Source: Patescibacteria group bacterium (lineage in GTDB: Bacteria > Patescibacteriota > UBA1384 > 2-12-FULL-50-11). From it: a DNA stretch of 64,000 nt. Where the stretch lies: positions 415,746 through 479,745 of the forward strand of contig BOKZ01000001.1 of NCBI GenBank assembly GCA_016861245.1. Direction: 5' to 3'. The notes beneath the pieces were generated by a model. It made no database searches and was not told the DNA's origin. It saw nothing but the letters and a program-made list of their open reading frames with translations. The first letter of the stretch is position 1. Every line of letters starts with the position of its first letter. Positions 48,919 through 56,752 of the stretch are shown in pieces. A program made the translations under genes and the position numbers.

Positions 48919-49137
48919 TCAATTGGCATTTGGCGTTGCTTTATAACCGCTTATTTCGTCGATCGCTTCAATAATTTCGTTGGTAGACATTTTCAATTCA
49001 TCAAACTCAATCTCAACCTCCTTTTTTATTAAGTCCGTTCTAACGTTTTTAATAGCGGAGTGATCTTCTTCGAGCCCCTCTAATAACATCAGGCAACTTG
49101 AACAATGAATTTCTGGTACTGAAAAAATTTGTTTCAT
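48919..49137 (-). CDS. copZ: Small heavy-metal-associated (HMA) domain protein / CopZ-like chaperone with a variant metal site.
   Basis: 72 aa. A HCSSC motif in the position of MxCxxC. ferredoxin-like HMA length. Confidence 0.5.
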   Translation of the reverse strand: MKQIFSVPEIHCSSCLMLLEGLEEDHSAIKNVRTDLIKKEVEIEFDELKMSTNEIIEAIDEISGYKATPNAN

Positions 49138-49147
49138 GACTACTCCT

Positions 49148-50293
49148 TTAATCGAATAAAATATTGCCTGTATACATACCCATCGAGCAAGTAAATTTTA
49201 GGAAGCCAGGCTTCTGTGGGGGGATGTTGATTGTTTTTGTGCCTGTTTCTTCTAATACTTCTTGAATTTTCAAGCTAGGAATTACGAACGCACGACTGCA
49301 ACTGTATGTATTGTTTGTTACTAGTATTAATTGCGTTGGAGAATTGGCCTTAGCTTTAAGTATTCTTGGTTCGTAGCCGTAGTCAGTGGCGTTGATAGTT
49401 ACAATTTGACTTATCCCATCTTCGGAACTAACTACTGGAGGTTGGTTAGCCGCTGTATCGTTGGTGTTCTGTGAAGTAATACTTTTAAGTTCCAACCTCT
49501 GCTTATAAGCCGCGTAAGAGATAGGCGAGCCAATTAAATTTAATCCACTTTCTAGCGAGTATAGTGCAAAAATCAAAATAATTACCGCAACAACTTTAAC
49601 GAAGTTGGCGTTTAAACTCTCACTGATACGTGTTGTGAAGTAGGCTAGGATAAAAAATAACGGCGAAGCCCCGACTGTAAACGCAAACATAATTACAGCA
49701 CCATAGAGTGGGCTACCGGTTCCAATTGCCAGAGCCATCATTGCCTGTGTGATGCCACAAGGAATTAACACCGTTAAGGCACCCAAGAAAGCTGGTGTTG
49801 CAAAGTCTTCTTTTCTATTTTTACTCAGCCGACGAATAAACGTTCGAACAAATCTTGGCGGCTGGATTTGGAAGTAACGAAAAATCGGGTGAACGTTTAA
49901 CATCCTCAATGCTGTTCCCAACATGAAAATAGTAATCGCTATCATGAGAACACCACGAGCAATTGGACTTAACTGGATCATAGTTCCTAAGTATCCGAGC
50001 CCAAACCCCAGAATTGTATAAGCGATTATCTTAGATATTAAAAATAAAATAATCGAAAGAGTTATGTTGTTACGGGATGCTGCGCTCCTGGAGTTCGGAT
50101 GAATATTATTGTATCGGTTGAGTAGGTCTTTCTTGGTTGCGGGAGAAATTTGTCCTGGATTTTTTAGATCTGAACTTATTTCATCTTCAGCCTGGTTACC
50201 GATCACATTTGCTAGTAGCCCGCCCTGGACTGCTAAACAACTCAAGCCGCCAGTCGTGAGTCCAGTTAGAAACACAAGCCAAATGTTTGGCAT
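49148..50293 (-). CDS. Membrane permease (DsbD_2/TauE-like 6-7 TM domain) fused to a C-terminal cupredoxin-like copper-binding domain.
   Basis: Gly-rich TM N-terminus (LTGLTTGGLSCLAVQGGLL). C-terminal block ITINATDYGYEPRILKAKANSPTQLILVTNNTYSCSRAFVIPSLKI...FKFTCSMGMYTGNILF, typical of the cupredoxin_1-type domain. It lies within the cop operon. Confidence 0.45.
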   Translation of the reverse strand: MPNIWLVFLTGLTTGGLSCLAVQGGLLANVIGNQAEDEISSDLKNPGQISPATKKDLLNRYNNIHPNSRSAASRNNITLSIILFLISKIIAYTILGFGLGYLGTMIQLSPIARGVLMIAITIFMLGTALRMLNVHPIFRYFQIQPPRFVRTFIRRLSKNRKEDFATPAFLGALTVLIPCGITQAMMALAIGTGSPLYGAVIMFAFTVGASPLFFILAYFTTRISESLNANFVKVVAVIILIFALYSLESGLNLIGSPISYAAYKQRLELKSITSQNTNDTAANQPPVVSSEDGISQIVTINATDYGYEPRILKAKANSPTQLILVTNNTYSCSRAFVIPSLKIQEVLEETGTKTINIPPQKPGFLKFTCSMGMYTGNILFD

Positions 50294-50622
50294 TATTTCG
50301 TAACTCCTTCGGACAGCTCCTCAACTAAGTTCTGAGTGAACTCATTGTTTTGAAGGGAGTAATACACGGTTTGAGCCTGTTTGTTTGATGTAACAATATC
50401 CGCTTCTTTTAGCTTCTTAAGTTGTCGAGATGCGGCTGAGATTGATAAATCCACTAACGTCGCAATATCTGAGACCGAAAGCTCAGGGTGGTGACGGAAA
50501 AGATAGCAGATTTTCATTGCCGTAGGGTCGCCGACTGTGCCGTGACGACGCGCACATGCTCTCACTGATTCGCTGTTTGCAATTTCTTCCTTAATCTTCT
50601 CAAAATCTTTATTTGCGTCCAT
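50293..50622 (-). CDS. ArsR/SmtB-family metalloregulator. The likely start is MDANKDF at 50622; the ORF track used TTG at 50634.
   Basis: Winged HTH (ICYLFRHHPELSVSDIATLVDLSISAASRQLKKLKEADIV). It is the first gene of the cop operon. Confidence 0.65.
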   Translation of the reverse strand: MDANKDFEKIKEEIANSESVRACARRHGTVGDPTAMKICYLFRHHPELSVSDIATLVDLSISAASRQLKKLKEADIVTSNKQAQTVYYSLQNNEFTQNLVEELSEGVTK

Positions 50623-50652
50623 ATGCAAATACAATCAAATTCGTATTTGCAT
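50623..50652. promoter_or_regulatory. Perfect 10-bp inverted repeat ATGCAAATAC-N10-GTATTTGCAT abutting the arsR-family start. Candidate operator of the cop operon.
   Basis: 10/10 complementary arms with a 10-nt spacer, located in the promoter region between tRNA-His and the regulator gene. Confidence 0.5.
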
Positions 50653-50671
50653 GTCAAGGAAAGTACAATTG

Positions 50672-50744
50672 GGCGCTAGACAGGGATCGAACCTGCGGCC
50701 AACCGGACCACAACCGGTTGCTCTACCACTGAGCTACTAGCGCC
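50672..50744 (-). tRNA. tRNA-His (anticodon GTG) with an encoded G-1.
   Basis: G-GCGCTAG-TA-GCTCAGTGGTAGAGC-A-ACCGG-TTGTGGT-CCGGT...GCAGGTTCGATCCCTGT-CTAGCGC-C-C. Confidence 0.8.
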
Positions 50745-50805
50745 ATACCCAACAATTTTACCCTAAACGGCCGAGAATTTGAACCGCCTGTGGTACAGTT
50801 ATTCT

Positions 50806-51777
50806 ATGAAGAAGGTCCTATCAATCGGCGAGGCAACGCTAGATTCTTTTATTTTTTTAGATGAAGCCAATGTCCACTGCACACTTGATAAAAGTAAGTG
50901 TGAGTTTTGTATCAACTACGCTAGTAAAACTATGGCAACAGATTGCAAATTCACGGTTGGTGGAAACGCCGCCAACGCGGCAGTCGGCTTTCGCCGATTG
51001 GGTATCGAAAGTCAGCTTTACAGTATGCGAGGCGACGATTGGATCGGCAAACAAATTCAAGAAGTATTAAACAAAGAAGGTGTTGATTCAAAATACATCG
51101 ACGTTGAGCCCGGGCAGACTAGTTTCGCGACCGCGCTTATTTTTCAAGGTGAGCGAAACTTGGTTATCTATCACGTCCCACGCGAGTACCATCTGCCGAA
51201 ATTTGAGCCAGTTGATTGGGTCTATCTAACCAGTATGGGGAGAGCCTTTACGCATGCCTACGACACAGCGGTAAAGTTCGTTAAAGAACACGATATTAAA
51301 ATGACTTTTAACCCGGGTACGTATCAACTTAAGGCTGGTGTTAAGGCGTTAAAGCCGATTCTCGAAGTGACCGAGGTGTTGATTCTTAACACCGAAGAAG
51401 CGCGGCAGCTAACAGAATTAAGTGCGAAAGCAGATTTTCGTGAGTTATCTGAATCTCTTTACGATCTTGGACCAAAGATCGTAGTTATAACTGATGGCCC
51501 AAACGGCGCGTATAGCTTTGACGGCAAACAGCTGTTGTTTTGTAATATTTTTCCAGGTGAAGTTATCGAGCGAACGGGCGCCGGGGATTCGTTTGGCACC
51601 GGATTATCGGCGGCGCTGCTGCAGGGTAAAGACTTGGCTGAGGCAATGCGCTGGGGGATGGCGGAATCGTCAAATGTTGTTAAAAAGATCGGTCCACAAG
51701 AGGGGCTGGTGACGCACGAGCAGCTGCTTGAATATCTTGACTTGAATCATAAAATCCAGCCAACAATTATTAAATAA
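50806..51777 (+). CDS. PfkB-family carbohydrate kinase (ribokinase-like).
   Basis: Gly-Gly motif (GGNAANAAVG) and the catalytic TGAGDSFG anion hole. Confidence 0.7.
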   Translation: MKKVLSIGEATLDSFIFLDEANVHCTLDKSKCEFCINYASKTMATDCKFTVGGNAANAAVGFRRLGIESQLYSMRGDDWIGKQIQEVLNKEGVDSKYIDVEPGQTSFATALIFQGERNLVIYHVPREYHLPKFEPVDWVYLTSMGRAFTHAYDTAVKFVKEHDIKMTFNPGTYQLKAGVKALKPILEVTEVLILNTEEARQLTELSAKADFRELSESLYDLGPKIVVITDGPNGAYSFDGKQLLFCNIFPGEVIERTGAGDSFGTGLSAALLQGKDLAEAMRWGMAESSNVVKKIGPQEGLVTHEQLLEYLDLNHKIQPTIIK

Positions 51778-51859
51778 TCTTCATTTTTATCGTTGAAAGT
51801 AGTATAGTGGACGCCCGTTTGTGGTGATAAACCAGGGCGGTGATCATTAGGAGACAAGG

Positions 51860-52201
51860 ATGACTCAAGTTCTCTCGATCCCTATTAGGGAAATTTCTCT
51901 TCAAGTACGTAGGCATTTCGGTGCCGACAACCAGCAGTTCGAAGGAACGGTCCGTGAGGGCGCGGTTGTGCTCTTCTACGACCACGACGGCGGTTACCCC
52001 GAGGGGTATTTGCTCGATCGCGATTGCGATTTCGATCCAATCAACGTCGAGTGCGGTGATGGGATGGAGGCTAGCTTCTGCAAACTGGGGGTGAGCACCC
52101 CACTCGGCCAAGCGTTGCTCAACCAGAGGGTAGGTGATAAGTTCACCGCAAAGCTGGATAGGGGGTTGCAGCGCAACATCGAAATACTCGCAGTTGGCTA
52201 G
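51860..52201 (+). CDS. GreA/GreB C-terminal-domain-only protein (Rnk-like).
   Basis: 113 aa ending in STPLGQALLNQRVGDKFTAKLDRGLQRNIEILAV, which resembles the GreA FKBP-like domain. A GGAGACAAGG RBS precedes it. GC-rich. Confidence 0.5.
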   Translation: MTQVLSIPIREISLQVRRHFGADNQQFEGTVREGAVVLFYDHDGGYPEGYLLDRDCDFDPINVECGDGMEASFCKLGVSTPLGQALLNQRVGDKFTAKLDRGLQRNIEILAVG

Positions 52202-52216
52202 CAAACAAACGGTTCC

Positions 52217-52250
52217 GGGTGACACAACGGTGTGTCGCCCATTTTTTTGT
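52217..52250 (+). terminator. Rho-independent terminator (GGGTGACACAACGGTGTGTCGCCC plus a T7 run).
   Basis: GC-rich stem-loop followed by TTTTTTT, after the Rnk-like gene. Confidence 0.6.
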
Positions 52251-52296
52251 CTATTTTATGGAAAAAAACAGGTTTGTACTGTAAAATTATCACATT

Positions 52297-52370
52297 GCGC
52301 CTGTAGCTCAGCGGATTAGAGTACTTGTCTTCGGAACAAGGGGTCGCAGGTTCGAATCCTGCCAGGCGCG
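52297..52370 (+). tRNA. tRNA-Arg (anticodon TCG).
   Basis: GCGCCTG-TA-GCTCAGCGGATTAGAGT-A-CTTGT-CTTCGGA-ACAAG-GGGTC-GCAGGTTCGAATCCTGC-CAGGCGC-G. Confidence 0.75.
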
Positions 52371-52426
52371 CAGTAGAAAAAAACAATTAACTAAATTATG
52401 ATCGACTCAGATCCAGGAGGATTTAC

Positions 52427-53053
52427 ATGCCCCTTATTATAGGAGTCGAACGCGATCGGATAATGCGACGTCTTGTGGAAAGTGGAGTGATTCTATCGGG
52501 TCACTTCGAGCTTCATTCCGGTCGTCATAGCGACCGATACCTCGATAAGCGATTATTTATGCAAGAGCTAGTAGAGGAATACGACCAATTTTGTGCGTTA
52601 ATTGCAGATCGAATCGTTACTGAGGGTTACAGCGCGATTGTAGCCCCAGAAGCGGCTGGGATGATGGTGGCGGAACGGGTTCTCGGACATATTCGATCAC
52701 GCAATTACAAAGTTGGTTACGCACCGGCGTATAAAACTGACAACGGTTTCGTGATCGACTCTAACTACAAGCGAGAGATCGCCGGACGGTGCGTCGCCGT
52801 TATCGAGGACGTAATTACGACTGGCGACACAGCGGTAAAAGCTGCTCAACTTGCCCGTTCGATGGGTGCTAGCGTCAACTCTGTTTACTGTTTGTTCGAG
52901 CGTGGAGCTCACCGTCGCATCGGTGGAATACCAATCCATCCCGTGGTTAGCATAGAGTTGCAAGATTGGACTCCGCCGTGTCGGCTATGCGAGCAGGGAA
53001 TCCCGCTTTCACCGAAGCCAATGGGCGGCTCGCAACTTGCCCTTAGCGACTAA
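52427..53053 (+). CDS. Phosphoribosyltransferase, orotate-PRTase-like.
   Basis: PRPP-binding motif VAVIEDVITTGDTAV. The N-terminal ILSGHFELHSGRHSDRYLD resembles PyrE. Confidence 0.6.
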   Translation: MPLIIGVERDRIMRRLVESGVILSGHFELHSGRHSDRYLDKRLFMQELVEEYDQFCALIADRIVTEGYSAIVAPEAAGMMVAERVLGHIRSRNYKVGYAPAYKTDNGFVIDSNYKREIAGRCVAVIEDVITTGDTAVKAAQLARSMGASVNSVYCLFERGAHRRIGGIPIHPVVSIELQDWTPPCRLCEQGIPLSPKPMGGSQLALSD

Positions 53054-53054
53054 C

Positions 53055-53082
53055 CCGCCGTTGGCGGGTACTTTTTTACTTG
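53055..53082 (+). terminator. Rho-independent terminator (CCCGCC-GTTG-GCGGG plus a T-run).
   Basis: Stem-loop then TACTTTTTTA. Confidence 0.55.
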
Positions 53083-53143
53083 CTTCTAGTATCTGGCTGT
53101 GTTTCTATTGGGTTCGAACCGATTCGTCGGTTGTGGAGGGAAA

Positions 53144-54172
53144 ATGTCTGTTATCGAGTTTGATCGCGAGCGAGCGATAGTTATCTTTCGCGATCTTGCC
53201 GCTCGGTGGCAGAATCGCGAAGCGCCCTTTAATACCGAAAAGTTTATCTCACCAGAACGGAAGTACCACCCCAAAGGAGTGACAGTGGGCTCAATCGAGC
53301 ACGCTCAGTTCCTGTTCTTTAGCGGCTGGCTGAATAGAAACGGCAAAACTGCTACCGAGCTGTTTCGTGACGCTCGAAACATCGCAGAGCAGTCACCGTG
53401 GATTATCGATCCGCGCGACTCGCGAAGCTTAGAGCGTGAGCGGTTTGACCTCCTAGAGAGGGTAATACCGTTCGCTAGCCACGAGAAGTACACTGCACGA
53501 GTTGACTGGTGGTACCGAGATTGTATGGGGCTGTTACGAGACACCTATGAGAGTGATCCGAGGAACATCTTTGTAACGGCAGAACTTTCTGGCGACTGGC
53601 GGGCTGATCGAGATTTGCTGTTGAAGCGGTTAATGTCCTTCTTTGGTACCGGACCGAAGATTGCTCAGCTAATTTTGCTTTTCTTCCAGGAAGTTGAGTG
53701 GTTGGACAATCACCAACATCGTTGGGAAGCAGTTCGTCGAGTACCGTCGATTGCGGCCGACATGTGGGTGATGAGACTCATGCGTCAACTAAATATTGTA
53801 GTAAGCTGGGAATCAGACATCTCAACAAAGATTAGTTCTGAAATCTCAGATTTTATCTGCGAGATTTGTTTTGACGAGAGTATCCCACACACTCACCTCA
53901 TTCAAGCACTCTGGCATACCGGTGCCGTGATTTGCGGTCGGATGCGACCAAAAGACCAAACGGTCGCTCGACCGTTCTGTCATAACATTTGTCCAGTTGG
54001 AAAGAGCTGTGTAGGGATCGTTCCGGCCAATTACGTAAGTAACGGCAGGCTCTCACTCTACGCTACGAAAAATGGCAAGCAACGTACCACACAGCGGCTG
54101 GCAAGTCTTCGCTACGACGAGATGAGACCGCATCCGTTAACGTTCGACGACCTCTGGCATGACCCAGAATAA
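53144..54172 (+). CDS. Divergent HhH-GPD superfamily (endonuclease III-like) DNA glycosylase-like protein with a C-terminal 4-Cys cluster.
   Basis: The HhH is LMSFFGTGPKIAQLILLFF. It is followed by VPSIAADMWVMRL, which is like EndoIII PTIAVDTHIFRV (catalytic Asp). Then come C-x14-C-x3-C-x5-C at the C-terminus. GC-rich. Confidence 0.4.
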   Translation: MSVIEFDRERAIVIFRDLAARWQNREAPFNTEKFISPERKYHPKGVTVGSIEHAQFLFFSGWLNRNGKTATELFRDARNIAEQSPWIIDPRDSRSLERERFDLLERVIPFASHEKYTARVDWWYRDCMGLLRDTYESDPRNIFVTAELSGDWRADRDLLLKRLMSFFGTGPKIAQLILLFFQEVEWLDNHQHRWEAVRRVPSIAADMWVMRLMRQLNIVVSWESDISTKISSEISDFICEICFDESIPHTHLIQALWHTGAVICGRMRPKDQTVARPFCHNICPVGKSCVGIVPANYVSNGRLSLYATKNGKQRTTQRLASLRYDEMRPHPLTFDDLWHDPE

Positions 54173-54198
54173 GCCGGCTACAAGCCGGCTATTTTTTT
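54173..54198 (+). terminator. Rho-independent terminator AGCCGGCT-ACAA-GCCGGCT-ATTTTTTT.
   Basis: Perfect 7-8 bp stem plus a T7 run. Confidence 0.7.
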
Positions 54199-54272
54199 AT
54201 TTGACACGCAATTTTTTTGACTGTACGACGAGTATAGGGGATCGTCAGTTCTTTAACCTACAGGAGGGTAAT

Positions 54273-55508
54273 GTGTCAGATTCTACAGCTATCGTTCGCG
54301 GAGAACCGGGGTTTGTCGACCCCTTCAACGTCTGTGTTTTCCGCCAAGTCCGCGATGGCGAGGAATCACACTACCAGGGGATCACGGAGCTTGCAGAGAG
54401 TATCGCCGGGAACCACTTGCTGACTCCCCTCACAATTTGTGTTTGGGACGAAGCTACAACCGAGCAGTACGCGCAACTGATCAAGCAGATCTTCAACGGC
54501 GACGGGGGCTTCGTTTTTGAAGCGAAACAGCCGTACGACGACGGAAAGAATCGAGTCTTAGTTGCCGGCCACCGTCGGCGACAAGCGCTCCATCGATTGC
54601 GGTTTGAGGGTAGCGATGTCTATCGACAAAACTTTCCCGAGCAATCAAGCGAGGAGTGTTTTCTTGATCAGTTCAGAGGAGATCGGAATCATCCGTTGCC
54701 CGGCTTTGTGCCGGCGATGATCTACACTGACATTCCAGCCGAGCGAGGCGTAAGCCTCCAGCTCGAGGAGAACATAAACCGTCGCAATATCTCGTCGCCC
54801 ACTCAAGCGAAAGCGATCAAAGGTCTTTACGATCTAAAAGCGCTGCAGCAAGGGGATGCGAGCCTCAGCATGGCTGAGTTTGCACGGCAGAGCCAGATAA
54901 GTCTCAACGTCGTTCGCGACGCGCTTCGCTTTTGCGAACTGCCGAAATCCATCCGCTACGCGGTAGAAAACGGCGCGTTCAAATGGAGTTGCGCGCTTGA
55001 GCTGACGGTGATTCACCGGATGTTGCGCGAGCGGCCCAAGCCAGACGGAACCCTGCGTGATGCGAAGGAAATCGAGTACACACTGCTCTCGCTCTCAGCG
55101 AGTGAAGCTGCCTCGAAGAATCTTCAGGCGTTTCGCAAGTACCTGCAGACTTGGGTTACTGAAGTGCTTGGACAGCTGGTAATGTTCGAAGAACTAGCGC
55201 TAACTCCTCAACAGATCGCCACCCAACTCTTGGGCGACGAGATGGTTCGAGGGAGCGCTGAGCACACGATCTTTTTGCAGCGCGTCACGTACGCGCTCAG
55301 AAACGGCTGGATCAAGGATGGTAAACTGGTGCCGCTTCATCGTCACGAAGCGAGAAAAGCGATCGCAGCGATACTCGCCGAACAGCGAGCGTTACTGCCG
55401 ATGTTGCAGCTCGTGCTCGACCAAGCAACCGCCGAGGAATTGGAAAACCTCGGCACTGACAGTCAGAAAGCGCTGGACGCGATTTCGGCTCTGGCCGTCA
55501 ATTCCTAA
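54273..55508 (+). CDS. ParB/Spo0J/Noc-like protein with a GHRR (not GERR) arginine-patch variant. It is an orphan: no parA is in the window. Likely GTG start.
   Basis: ParB N-terminal domain ELAESIAGNHLLTPLTICVW...NRVLVAGHRRRQALHRL. ParB-type HTH SQISLNVVRDALRFCELPKSIRYAVENGAFKWSCALEL. The ORF-track N-terminus (54159-54272) overlaps the previous gene and its terminator, so it is discarded. Confidence 0.55.
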   Translation: MSDSTAIVRGEPGFVDPFNVCVFRQVRDGEESHYQGITELAESIAGNHLLTPLTICVWDEATTEQYAQLIKQIFNGDGGFVFEAKQPYDDGKNRVLVAGHRRRQALHRLRFEGSDVYRQNFPEQSSEECFLDQFRGDRNHPLPGFVPAMIYTDIPAERGVSLQLEENINRRNISSPTQAKAIKGLYDLKALQQGDASLSMAEFARQSQISLNVVRDALRFCELPKSIRYAVENGAFKWSCALELTVIHRMLRERPKPDGTLRDAKEIEYTLLSLSASEAASKNLQAFRKYLQTWVTEVLGQLVMFEELALTPQQIATQLLGDEMVRGSAEHTIFLQRVTYALRNGWIKDGKLVPLHRHEARKAIAAILAEQRALLPMLQLVLDQATAEELENLGTDSQKALDAISALAVNS

Positions 55509-55548
55509 CCCGTTTCTCCGTTCGGAGAGCGGGTATTTTTTTACTTCT
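55509..55548 (+). terminator. Rho-independent terminator (CCCGTTTCTCCGTTCGGAGAGCGGG plus a T-run).
   Basis: Imperfect GC-rich stem followed by TATTTTTTT. Confidence 0.5.
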
Positions 55549-55564
55549 CTGGTATTATGCAACT

Positions 55565-55849
55565 ATGGATCAGCAGGAAAAAGACAAGATCTTAGATCGT
55601 CTCGTTGCTTCAATCGAAAAAGCTTATCATCGCCCAGGTCGCTTGATGTGGCGAGGGTTTTTAATCGGACTAGCATCGGGTATCGGTGGGACGCTCGGAA
55701 TCGCACTCGTTATAATATTGCTAACATTACTGGTCGGGAAGTTAGGCGGAATACCGGTTATCGGTGAAGCTCTGAGGGATTTGCTCGATATTATTAATCG
55801 AGGGGCGGACACACAATCGTTTATCCAGTACGTACGACTACTCGTTTAA
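55565..55849 (+). CDS. Small membrane protein (hypothetical).
   Basis: 94 aa, two TM helices (FLIGLASGIGGTLGIALVIILLTLLVG). Confidence 0.35.
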   Translation: MDQQEKDKILDRLVASIEKAYHRPGRLMWRGFLIGLASGIGGTLGIALVIILLTLLVGKLGGIPVIGEALRDLLDIINRGADTQSFIQYVRLLV

Positions 55850-56466
55850 TGGCAGATTGGATTATTGATTTTATTTCTACTGGAGGATATCCGGCGATCG
55901 CGGCGTTGATGCTGCTTGAGACAATCTTTCCGCCGATTCCGTCGGAATTAGTGGTACCGTTTGCTGGATTTGCTGCCGCCCAAGGACGTCTCGACATCTG
56001 GCTAGTTGTAATCTCTGCCTTTGTTGGCTCCGTGTCAGGAGCGTTAGTGTTGTATTGGGTTGGAAAACTGATTAAAGACGAGAAACTAGAGCAATTCGTT
56101 CAAAAGCACGGACGTTGGCTGACGTTAGATGTTGACGACTTACGGAAGTCTCGTCGTTGGTTTGATCGCTATAGTCGAACAGCGGTCCTATTTGGACGAC
56201 TCATCCCAGCGGTTCGATCTCTTATTTCGATACCAGCTGGGATCACTAAAATGAGTATTGTGTCTTTCTTTATATTCTCAGCCATCGGTACCGCTGTCTG
56301 GTCCTCGGTTTTAGCTTGGGCGGGGTACTTACTCGGCCAAGATTACGAGCGAATTCGCCATATTATAGACCCAGTAACTTCGATTGTTGTTTTACTAGTT
56401 GTTGTGATCTACCTATATCGACTTATTTTTCCTAGGCGTAAATCTGGATCAGCTGTAACAGATTAG
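55849..56466 (+). CDS. DedA/SNARE-associated family membrane protein.
   Basis: AALMLLETIFPPIPSELVVPFAGFAAAQG is the DedA signature. Confidence 0.65.
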   Translation: MADWIIDFISTGGYPAIAALMLLETIFPPIPSELVVPFAGFAAAQGRLDIWLVVISAFVGSVSGALVLYWVGKLIKDEKLEQFVQKHGRWLTLDVDDLRKSRRWFDRYSRTAVLFGRLIPAVRSLISIPAGITKMSIVSFFIFSAIGTAVWSSVLAWAGYLLGQDYERIRHIIDPVTSIVVLLVVVIYLYRLIFPRRKSGSAVTD

Positions 56467-56491
56467 GTATAATTTTATTTGCTAGATATTT

Positions 56492-56563
56492 GGGGCATTA
56501 GTTCAGTGGCAGAACAACGGACTCTTAATCCGTGTGTCAGTGGTTCGAATCCACTATGCCCCA
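56492..56563 (+). tRNA. tRNA-Lys (anticodon CTT).
   Basis: GGGGCAT-TA-GTTCAGTGGCAGAAC-A-ACGGA-CTCTTAA-TCCGT-GTGTC-AGTGGTTCGAATCCACT-ATGCCCC-A. Confidence 0.75.
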
Positions 56564-56633
56564 CAGAGTAAATTCGAACCAGTTCGACTGCGACTCGCCG
56601 AACGGCGAGGAGAAGTACTGAGCGAAGCTCAGT

Positions 56634-56650
56634 AATCCACTATGCCCACC
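56634..56650 (+). repeat. Direct duplicate of the tRNA-Lys 3' end (AATCCACTATGCCC plus CAC/ACC), about 70 bp downstream of the tRNA.
   Basis: 14/14 identical core plus similar flanks. This is the same arrangement as at tRNA-Val. Confidence 0.6.
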
Positions 56651-56752
56651 ATTAAATACTGTTAATAACCGTTGATATACTACTAATGGCGGAGTATAAT
56701 TTGCTCCACTCCTGGTTCAACCAGGCGTAGATTACATACAGGAGGTTAACAT

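Noticed and set aside
51770-52225. 151-aa minus-strand ORF overlapping the Rnk-like gene.
   Set aside because: The plus-strand ORF has a recognisable GreA C-terminal domain, an RBS and a terminator. The antisense frame shows no motif.
54159-54272. N-terminal 38 codons of the ORF-track call for the ParB-like gene.
   Set aside because: They overlap the stop of the upstream gene and translate its terminator hairpin (AGCCGGCT...GCCGGCT-T7). A GTG start at 54273 with an AGGAGGG RBS is adopted instead.
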